A stretch of DNA of 64,000 bases from an uncultured Pelagibacteraceae bacterium (lineage in GTDB: Bacteria > Pseudomonadota > Alphaproteobacteria > Pelagibacterales > AG-422-B15): positions 12,672 through 76,671 of the forward strand of contig CACMWW010000004.1 of assembly GCA_902617525.1 (NCBI GenBank). The letters run 5' to 3'. Position 1 is the stretch's first letter, and each line of letters opens with the position of its first letter. A program made the position numbers and the translations under genes. Of the stretch, positions 56,974 through 64,000 are shown piece by piece. A model generated the notes under the pieces. The model was given only the letters and a program-made list of their open reading frames with translations. It did not search any database and was not told the DNA's origin.

Positions 56974-58239
56974 ATGAGTAACTTTATAGATTACAAAGAT
57001 TTGATTCAAGTTAGCTATACAGAATTTCAAAATAATTTTGGAGATTATAAAAATAAAATATTTGAGGGTTACATCTACCAAGTGAAAGGTAATCCATATG
57101 TAACTAAAATCAAAAACCTCTATATTGACAAATGGATAAGGGAAAATAAAGAAGACCTTATTAAAGAAAATACAAAAGATTTATTTCATTCTCAAGAGTT
57201 ACAGAGGGCACTATTTAATAATCTTACCAACAAAAGAAATATTCTTGTAGACTCCACAGTGAGATTGAGAGCGACAAAAGGTAAGGGTGCTTTTGTTGGT
57301 CCTCATGTAGATAAGTATGAATACCTTTCTGAGCATTGTATAAATTTTTGGGTTTCTTTCTTAAATTTAGAAGAAAACGAAACAATTACTTTTGTAAAAT
57401 CAAATTGGATTCCTAATCATCACAATCAAGGAAACCTGAAACTAGGAGTTAAAGCAGATAAAAATCTTAAGTTTTTTCCAGTTAATGAACTTATAAGGGA
57501 CTCAATATCTTATAAAATCAATGCAGGAGATTATTTCGTCTTTGCCTCAGGAAAAGTTCCACATTGCAGCCCTTTTTTTGTTAAAAAAAAGAGAATATCA
57601 GCTGATCAAAGATTACTATTTATAAATGACACTAATGATACCAACTTCGCTGAAATAAAAAATTATTACTTTTATAAAGACTTGGAAAATATTACTTTAC
57701 ATTTGAATAAATATAACTCGATAGAAAGATTTTATTTAAATAATACGGATCTATTTATGAATAAAAAAATTGAAAATCTTGGTAAAAAACTTTTTGATAG
57801 TTCTGTAGTCAATAAATTAATTTTAGAAAAAGTTGATCCCCTACTTTTGCTGCAAATACTAAAAAAAAATAAAGTCATTCTTAATGAAGAAACAATTAAA
57901 CTGTTAATTGATAAATATAATAAAACTATAAGTATATTACTTCTTATCTTGGAAAATACTGATAAAGCAGCAACTAAATATCAAATTTTTAAATTACTAA
58001 TTAAACAAACCCCTGAAAATCCTACTAATTTTTTTAAACCAATTTTTAGGAATATAGGTATTTTTGATCTATTAAAAAATTTAAGCCTAAAAAAAGACAA
58101 TAAGACTTCATTTATATTTTTAACATCATTACTCATAATTATATACAAACTTATTTTGTTATTTAATTTAAAAATTTTTAACAGCAAAATATCAAATAAA
58201 CTCTTTTACCTTTATTACAATGAAAGTATTATTGAATGA
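56974..58239 (+). CDS. Hypothetical protein: putative Fe(II)/2-oxoglutarate oxygenase-like N-domain (PhyH-like) plus helical region and C-terminal TM anchor
   Basis: 421 aa. Candidate HxD...H triad (GPHVDKY ... GKVPHCSP), a downstream basic segment KKKRISADQR, and a C-terminal hydrophobic helix FIFLTSLLIIIYKLILLF. The call rests on motifs only. Confidence 0.3.
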   Translation: MSNFIDYKDLIQVSYTEFQNNFGDYKNKIFEGYIYQVKGNPYVTKIKNLYIDKWIRENKEDLIKENTKDLFHSQELQRALFNNLTNKRNILVDSTVRLRATKGKGAFVGPHVDKYEYLSEHCINFWVSFLNLEENETITFVKSNWIPNHHNQGNLKLGVKADKNLKFFPVNELIRDSISYKINAGDYFVFASGKVPHCSPFFVKKKRISADQRLLFINDTNDTNFAEIKNYYFYKDLENITLHLNKYNSIERFYLNNTDLFMNKKIENLGKKLFDSSVVNKLILEKVDPLLLLQILKKNKVILNEETIKLLIDKYNKTISILLLILENTDKAATKYQIFKLLIKQTPENPTNFFKPIFRNIGIFDLLKNLSLKKDNKTSFIFLTSLLIIIYKLILLFNLKIFNSKISNKLFYLYYNESIIE

Positions 58240-59033
58240 ATATAAACATGTCAAAATGGAAGAGGGCCTTGCTTCTTAATAATAGATTTATAAATCCATT
58301 TATTCCAAATTTAATTTTTAAACTCACTAATACACCAATTTTTGGTCCAAGAGCCTCAGAAATTTTGTATGCTCTAAAGTATTACACTCTTAACTATAAA
58401 AAAGGGAGAGTGAATAAGTTAAAACAAGTTGCAGAATTTGGAGTGGGTCATGGTGAAGGCTTAAGGCAACTTGCTATCCTTATACGATATTTTTGTCTTC
58501 ATTACAAAATAGACTGTCCTGAAATATTTGGCTTTGATAGTTTCGAAGGAATGCATGAAACCGATGAACTTGCTGATATTGGCACATGGGATGTTGGTGA
58601 CTACAATGGAGATTATGATGATCTTAAGAGTTTTTTTGAGGAAAATAATTTAGGAAACGTGAGTCTAGTTAAGGGATACTTTAAAGAAAGTTTAAAGTAT
58701 CAGAGTGACAAATTTAATCCTGAAATAATATTAGTCGATTGTGATTATTATTCGTCGACAAAAGAAATATTCGATAATTTAAAATATAAATTAAAAACTG
58801 GAACACTAATTTACTTCGACGATTTAGGTACAAATTTTTATAATAGAAATTTAGGTGAAGAAAAATTAATTTTTGAAATAAATTCAGGTCTATTAGGGAA
58901 TGAATTTCATTTACATAACTTATACAAGCGTGTTTATGTATGGTCAAATTCAGACCGCCCTATTAGAAAAGCATCTAAGGAAGAATTATCAATTCCATTA
59001 ACAAAAAAGACAAATATCGACAATTTTTACTAA
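58236..59033 (+). CDS. TylF/macrocin-O-methyltransferase-like class I methyltransferase
   Basis: 265 aa. Has EFGVGHGEGLRQL, FGFDSFEGMHE, ILVDCDYYSSTKEIFDNL, and GTLIYFDD, which follows the TylF-family pattern. Overlaps the upstream gene by 4 nt. Confidence 0.6.
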   Translation: MNINMSKWKRALLLNNRFINPFIPNLIFKLTNTPIFGPRASEILYALKYYTLNYKKGRVNKLKQVAEFGVGHGEGLRQLAILIRYFCLHYKIDCPEIFGFDSFEGMHETDELADIGTWDVGDYNGDYDDLKSFFEENNLGNVSLVKGYFKESLKYQSDKFNPEIILVDCDYYSSTKEIFDNLKYKLKTGTLIYFDDLGTNFYNRNLGEEKLIFEINSGLLGNEFHLHNLYKRVYVWSNSDRPIRKASKEELSIPLTKKTNIDNFY

Positions 59034-59034
59034 T

Positions 59035-59111
<77 letters not shown>

Positions 59112-59248
59112 GTATTGTTGATACATAAATAGAGCATTTAAATTTTCAATCAACTAATTTCGTAAGATTATCTAAAATATGTATAAGTTTATGTTTTGTA
59201 TAATCAGAATTTATTTAAATATTTATATATATATTATGGTCTAAAGTA

Positions 59249-59956
59249 ATGATAAAATTGACCTTAATGAAAAAAACATCATCGAGACAAACAATTCATT
59301 ACTCAAAACTTTTTAATATTCATGGTAATTCTGTCAAAAGCGTTGCATCTGGTAAAAAAACTTACAAAGATATGCGATATGAAAAATTATCACAAATATT
59401 TTTAGATGATAATAACTTTTCAATTTTTGATGTTGGTTTCGGATTAGCACATTTTTATGAATATTTAGAAAAACATCATAAAAACAAAAATATAATTTAC
59501 TCTGGTTCTGAAGTAGTTAGGGAATTCTATGAGAAGTGTTCAAATAAATATACTCACTTAGATTTTAATATGCATGACTTATCAATCAAACCTTTAAGTA
59601 AAAAGTATGACTATTTGATATTTGGTGGAACATTTTATCAACTTGCTGGATCCAAAAAAAAGGAATTTGAAAAATATGCAAGGCGTATGTTAATCAACGG
59701 ATTTAAATCGTGCAGTAAAGGCATCGCAGTAAATTTTATAACGGACAAAGTGGATTACCGAATAAAAGGATTGTATTATGAAAATTTAGGAAAAATTACA
59801 GACTTTATAGAAACAAATATTTCTAGATTTTATACTGTTGAAAAATCCTACCCTTTATTTGAATTTACAATAACAATATACAAAGAAGATATAATTAAAT
59901 CAAAATTTAAAAAAAAGGCTTTTAAAAAATATTTCAAAGATTTTAGAGATCAATAG
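59249..59956 (+). CDS. Putative class I SAM-dependent methyltransferase
   Basis: 235 aa. Motif I-like FSIFDVGFGLAHFYEYL and YDYLIFGGTFY. The call is motif-level only. Confidence 0.45.
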   Translation: MIKLTLMKKTSSRQTIHYSKLFNIHGNSVKSVASGKKTYKDMRYEKLSQIFLDDNNFSIFDVGFGLAHFYEYLEKHHKNKNIIYSGSEVVREFYEKCSNKYTHLDFNMHDLSIKPLSKKYDYLIFGGTFYQLAGSKKKEFEKYARRMLINGFKSCSKGIAVNFITDKVDYRIKGLYYENLGKITDFIETNISRFYTVEKSYPLFEFTITIYKEDIIKSKFKKKAFKKYFKDFRDQ

Positions 59957-60009
59957 AAAAAATATTTAAGTCTATTTTTGCTTTTATAATTCCTTGTAAA
60001 TATAAATTA

Positions 60010-61095
60010 CTAATTTAGCCTATCAAGCTTACTAAAAAATTTCTTTGAATTAAGATCATTTAATTTAATTGATTTTCTAAAATGTGAATTCATATCCCAA
60101 TTTTCAATTTTAAAAGGCTGAATTTTTTTAATAATAAGAACATAATTGTCTTTATTTTTTCCACACTTTATATACAGACCTAACTTTGTAGTCTTTATTA
60201 TAGTACCAAATTTAAGTAATGACTTCATTTTTACTAATGAACATTCTCTTAAAAAATAGTAATTTCCTTTATAAATAAAATAAGGCCCATTAAATTTATA
60301 ATCTTCTTGATGACAAGATCTTACCAAAGCATCGATATCTTCTGAATTTTTTAACCAATTTATTTTTAGAAATCTTTTTTTACTCCATGGCCATTTACTA
60401 TAATAGAAAATTTTCGAATTTTTATACTTCTGTTTTCTATCAAAAATTACTGTTTTTTTTGAAGTTATAGTCTCTAGAGTTTTCAACATTAGTTTTCCTG
60501 AAATTTTTGAAATATTTTTTACTAATCCTTGAGGAGTTTCATGTTTATTAATTTTTACTTTTTTAAATGATATTATATTTCCTGTATCAAAACTTCGGTC
60601 TACGAGATGAATTGTCAATCCAGATAATTTTACCTTATTTAAAATTTGCCATCTGTGTACGTCTGTTCCACGATATAAAGGCAGCTTTGAGGGATGTGAA
60701 TTTATCACTCCAAGCGTAGGTATTTTAAGAAATTCTCTCGTTAACTTTTCATGGTATCCTCCACCAAGAACTATTAATTCTGGTTTAACTTTTTTTATAA
60801 CATTTAAGATAGGCCCTTTTTTTAATGTTTTAGCATAACGAACTCTAATATTATTCTTTATACATAATTTATGAATAGATTTAGTAAATTTTATAGCTTT
60901 AAATTTTTGAACTTTTGCTCTTTTCTTATAATCGCTAAGTTTAGTGAGGTAAGTAATTTCAGATTTATAATTATCAGGAATATTTTTATTTGAGAGAACT
61001 ACTAATTTTGGTTTTGAAAATTTGTGTTCAATTAAATACTTTAGTATAGAATAACCTATTCGATTAAAACTTCTTGAAATATAAACAAATTTCAT
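60010..61095 (-). CDS. Formyltransferase (Fmt/ArnA-N-like, probable sugar N-formyltransferase) with extended C-terminal domain
   Basis: 361 aa. Has LIVLGGGYHEKL, GVINSHPSKLPLYRGTDVHRWQI (Asn/His of the formyltransferase catalytic set), and HLVDRSFDTGNII (Asp). Confidence 0.75.
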   Translation of the reverse strand: MKFVYISRSFNRIGYSILKYLIEHKFSKPKLVVLSNKNIPDNYKSEITYLTKLSDYKKRAKVQKFKAIKFTKSIHKLCIKNNIRVRYAKTLKKGPILNVIKKVKPELIVLGGGYHEKLTREFLKIPTLGVINSHPSKLPLYRGTDVHRWQILNKVKLSGLTIHLVDRSFDTGNIISFKKVKINKHETPQGLVKNISKISGKLMLKTLETITSKKTVIFDRKQKYKNSKIFYYSKWPWSKKRFLKINWLKNSEDIDALVRSCHQEDYKFNGPYFIYKGNYYFLRECSLVKMKSLLKFGTIIKTTKLGLYIKCGKNKDNYVLIIKKIQPFKIENWDMNSHFRKSIKLNDLNSKKFFSKLDRLN

Positions 61096-61109
61096 CCTTT
61101 TGAATTTGA

Positions 61110-62039
61110 CTATTTAATATTAATTTCATCACGAATAACAGGCTCATTGGAGTTCATTAAAAGCCTGTATGTTTTAAAAATTAATTCTCCAACTATTCCA
61201 ATGGCAAAAAAACTAAAAGTAGCAAAAAATGAGATTAAAACTATTAAAGATGTCCAACCTGTTATCTCATTTCCATATAATAAGTATTTTATAATACTCC
61301 AGACCCCAATTGATAGAGATATGGTTGATCCAACAATACCAATAAAAAGTAAATACCTTAAGCCATAATTTGTAAGGCCTAAACTATTATTTAAAAAAAG
61401 TTCAAATATTTTTGCAATAGTATATCTTGACTTATTTTTTTTGAGTTTGCTATTTTTAACTTCAAAATTCTCAATTTTATTTGTAATAGTATATAGAAGA
61501 GTGCCAATTGCAGGGTTATCTATTTTGCGCTTCAGGATAGCTTTACATATATTATGTCTTATAATACGGAATGTACCCATTTTAAGTTTCCGAGGTTTAT
61601 CAAATAATATTGAGTTTGCAGTATTGTTTATATTACTGAATATATATCTTACTAAGTTCTTTGTCTTTGAGTCGTAAAAACCAACTAAAGCATCTAACTC
61701 AGGCTTAGATATTAATAAATTTAAAACATCAACTATTTGTTCAGGAGGATGCTCTAAATCATCATCTATTGTTACGATGTATTTTCCGTTCGAATGTCTA
61801 AAACCAAGAAGCGTTGCGTTGCTTTGACCAATATTATTTATTAATTGAATAGCTGATATTCTTGAGTCATCTCTTCCCAACTTCTTTATCTTATCCCATG
61901 ATTGATCTTCAGAACAATCATCGATAAATATAATTTGAAAGCTTCTTTCTCCTAAAGAATCAACTATTCTTTTATATAGTTCATCAATAGTGTTTTCAGC
62001 ATTATAAACGGGAATAATTATTGAAATATCAAAATTCAT
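61110..62039 (-). CDS. Polyprenyl-phosphate glycosyltransferase, GT2 (ArnC/GtrB-like)
   Basis: 309 aa. Has ISIIIPVYNAENTI, FIDDCSEDQS, TIDDDLEHPP, and two C-terminal TM helices. Confidence 0.8.
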   Translation of the reverse strand: MNFDISIIIPVYNAENTIDELYKRIVDSLGERSFQIIFIDDCSEDQSWDKIKKLGRDDSRISAIQLINNIGQSNATLLGFRHSNGKYIVTIDDDLEHPPEQIVDVLNLLISKPELDALVGFYDSKTKNLVRYIFSNINNTANSILFDKPRKLKMGTFRIIRHNICKAILKRKIDNPAIGTLLYTITNKIENFEVKNSKLKKNKSRYTIAKIFELFLNNSLGLTNYGLRYLLFIGIVGSTISLSIGVWSIIKYLLYGNEITGWTSLIVLISFFATFSFFAIGIVGELIFKTYRLLMNSNEPVIRDEINIK

Positions 62040-62040
62040 T

Positions 62041-63234
62041 CTAATTCATTATTTTCAAACTAAGTGAGTTAATTATTTTTTTTTTCATAATGTAAAAATC
62101 TTTATCATTTTTACACTTAAATATTAACATACATATGATACCACTACTATCAGTAAATTTTTTGACGAAATCTTTTTGCTTTTTAAAAAAAACAACTTCA
62201 TGTATCTCTGGAATACTTTTCTTTAAATATGAGGCGCTTGATAAATTTGAAATTTGACCTCCTTTTTTATCTCCAATAAGTAAACTGGCATAGCTTGATT
62301 TGCTTTTATTTACTTTTAATGGCACTTCCTTATTGAATAATTTTTGTAAATAGTATTTTTCTATATCGATATTTGTAGATAATTTTATAAGTTGGGAGAT
62401 TCCATTCCCCCCTGTTCTTGGACTCATTTCGATTATGATTGCCTTATTGTTCGTGAGAATGATGTCAAAATTTAATATGCCATTTTTAAAATTTAACTTT
62501 TTACAAGTTAAAAGTAGCTCTTCAGATAAGGTTTTTTTGACATTATTGGGGACCTTGATCAAAATCCGATGCCCAATAATATTTATACCTTCTTTATATT
62601 TTTTTGTAATTGCAATAAATTCAATGTTTCCATTTTTAATTATTACGTCGCCACCATACTCGGTTCCTTCTAAATATTCTTCTATGATAAAATTTTTATA
62701 ATAAGAATTTTTTGTATATTCTATTATTGTTTCATAACTATCGGTTTTTTTATTATCAAATAACTTTATGCCCTTAGACCCTGAAGAGAGATAGGGTTTA
62801 CAAATTAATTTATTTATCTTATTGAACTTTATTAGAGATTTACTGTTAAAAGATTTATTCAATAACAGAAATTTCGGTGAGTTTAGACGTTCAGCATTTT
62901 GAAATTTTCTAAACTTATCTTTAAAAATTAATTTTTTAACATCAAAATTAAAAGATTTAGATATTTTATATTTTTTTTCAATTAAAAATACACTAAGTAA
63001 GGCTAGATCTGAAGCAAAAGTACAAATTCTAGTAGGTTTATATTTTAATACGTTTTTATAAATTTTTTCCAAGTCAGTATAATCACAATTAATTGATATG
63101 TGACTGTGTTTATGACCAGGATTAGTTATTATATTATCAAGAGTAATAACATTATAACCCAATTTTATGGCAGACTTAATGCCTTCTAACTGAAAATTAC
63201 CTGCCCCTAAAATCATTATTTTATTATTTTTCAT
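62041..63234 (-). CDS. ATP-grasp domain protein (carboxylate-amine ligase type)
   Basis: 397 aa. N-terminal pre-ATP-grasp Rossmann-like IMILGAGNFQLEGIKSAIKLGYNVITLD, then KPYLSSGSKGIKLF, IIEEYLEGTEYGGDVII, and IIEMSPRTGGN. Confidence 0.7.
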   Translation of the reverse strand: MKNNKIMILGAGNFQLEGIKSAIKLGYNVITLDNIITNPGHKHSHISINCDYTDLEKIYKNVLKYKPTRICTFASDLALLSVFLIEKKYKISKSFNFDVKKLIFKDKFRKFQNAERLNSPKFLLLNKSFNSKSLIKFNKINKLICKPYLSSGSKGIKLFDNKKTDSYETIIEYTKNSYYKNFIIEEYLEGTEYGGDVIIKNGNIEFIAITKKYKEGINIIGHRILIKVPNNVKKTLSEELLLTCKKLNFKNGILNFDIILTNNKAIIIEMSPRTGGNGISQLIKLSTNIDIEKYYLQKLFNKEVPLKVNKSKSSYASLLIGDKKGGQISNLSSASYLKKSIPEIHEVVFFKKQKDFVKKFTDSSGIICMLIFKCKNDKDFYIMKKKIINSLSLKIMN

Positions 63235-63243
63235 CTCTTAAGA

Positions 63244-63621
63244 TTATAGTTTATATATTTTTCTGATAAAAAAAAAATTAATCAACGATAATCCAATTAA
63301 AATAACAAATTGACTTACAGCAGGGTTTAAAAGTAAAACATCCACGGCTAAATACAATGTTATTAAGTTTATCAAATACGTTAATGAATAATTTAAATAG
63401 TATTTAAATAGCATTTTTTTCTTATTATTAGTTACTTTAAATACATACCTTTGATGCAAAAATAGTGTTAGGGGAACAGCTAAAATCCATACAATAGTAA
63501 TTGAAATGACTGGATGAACAAACTTTAATAAGAAAACATAAATTGAAAATGTAAAAATAAACCTTACTACGCCAATGGTAATAAATTTTGAATAGTCATA
63601 TAATATATTTTGATTTGACAA
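63244..63621 (-). CDS. GtrA-family small membrane protein (polyprenyl-phosphate-sugar translocation family)
   Basis: 125 aa with 4 TM segments. Has an N-terminal (V)VRFIFTF-type motif. Adjacent to the ArnC/GtrB-like GT2 module. Confidence 0.7.
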   Translation of the reverse strand: MSNQNILYDYSKFITIGVVRFIFTFSIYVFLLKFVHPVISITIVWILAVPLTLFLHQRYVFKVTNNKKKMLFKYYLNYSLTYLINLITLYLAVDVLLLNPAVSQFVILIGLSLINFFFIRKIYKL

Positions 63622-63647
63622 TTTGAGCGCTTTCTTAAAAAATAAAA

Positions 63648-64000
63648 CTAAACGTAATTTTTTATGGTTACCAATGTATTAATTTGCTTAAGTATGTTTT
63701 TATATTCTAATATTCTTCGTTCCCTCTTTGATATTGTAAGTGTAAAATATTTTAACATTTCTAAAAAATGATTATCTTTATCTACCTTAATTTTATTTAC
63801 AGTATTTTTCTTGGTTATGACAATTTCTGTTATTAAGTCTGCTTTTTTTGAAAAAATAAATTTACTTTTAATTACACAGTCGTCATAGATAATTTTTATT
63901 ATATTCTTGTAGTTCCCTCCTATGTACCATTCAAAATCAACTTGACCATTATTTTTTTTTAAGAAAGCATTTACTTTTCCATAAGTATCCACTTTATTAT
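63648..64000 (-). CDS. Hypothetical protein, 5' end probably cut by window edge (possibly the C-terminal part of an oxidoreductase)
   Basis: The track start at 63990-63992 is a GTG. The frame stays open to nt 63998 and the window edge, so the gene likely continues beyond the window. No confident motif. Confidence 0.4.
   Translation of the reverse strand, partial: NKVDTYGKVNAFLKKNNGQVDFEWYIGGNYKNIIKIIYDDCVIKSKFIFSKKADLITEIVITKKNTVNKIKVDKDNHFLEMLKYFTLTISKRERRILEYKNILKQINTLVTIKNYV

Noticed and set aside
59126-59153. A possible sigma70-like promoter for the tRNA on the minus strand: TTGATT (complement of 59148-59153), a 16-nt spacer, then TATTTA (complement of 59126-59131), about 15 nt upstream of the mature 5' end.
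   Set aside because: In sequence this AT-rich, hexamers of this quality occur by chance almost everywhere. The -10 matches only 3 of 6 consensus positions. It is not reportable as a feature without 5'-end mapping.
59957-60009. An intrinsic terminator in the 53-nt convergent gap between the plus-strand methyltransferase and the formyltransferase.
   Set aside because: I could not find a GC-containing inverted repeat followed by a T-tract. The gap is plain AT-rich sequence.

Overview
This is a very AT-rich, extremely gene-dense bacterial chromosome segment (G+C judged by eye as well under 35%, not computed). About 2.8 kb at the left edge holds housekeeping-type genes: a PlsC-family acyltransferase truncated by the window edge, a divergent gmd paralog, and trhO. 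The rest of the window is one large cell-envelope glycan (O-antigen/capsule-like) biosynthesis island.

Island contents:
- Heptose activation: an ADP-heptose route (gmhB, hldC, hldA, gmhA) and a GDP-heptose-type route (hddA-like GHMP kinase, hddC-like nucleotidyltransferase), plus a GT9 heptosyltransferase.
- A PglF/PglE/PglC-like initiating module that contains a split transketolase.
- A carbamoyltransferase/DUF5989/SxtJ triad. The 49-aa DUF5989 gene is absent from the supplied ORF track.
- neuC-neuB-neuA coupled to a sulfotransferase.
- gmd-fcl for GDP-fucose.
- Three nucleotide-sugar dehydrogenases and nine SDR epimerase/dehydratases.
- Two AsnB-like amidotransferases and six methyltransferases.
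- About nine glycosyltransferases, including two polyprenyl-phosphate (GtrB/ArnC-like) GT2s.
- Wzx, Wzy/ligase-like and Wzz-like assembly proteins, and several large polytopic proteins of unknown function.
- An Arn-like module at the right edge (formyltransferase, ArnC-like GT2, ATP-grasp, GtrA).
- A complete SET/post-SET domain gene embedded in the heptose operon.

Forty-five consecutive genes (2821-49140) lie on the minus strand with almost no intergenic space. One initiator-type tRNA-Met(CAT) sits at 59035-59111 inside a small plus-strand cassette.

I found no rRNA, CRISPR array, integrase, transposase or long repeat. Composition and architecture resemble the envelope-glycan hypervariable region of SAR11/Pelagibacterales-like streamlined marine bacteria, but that assignment is inference only. 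All functional calls rest on motifs read from the translated ORFs. No database search was run.
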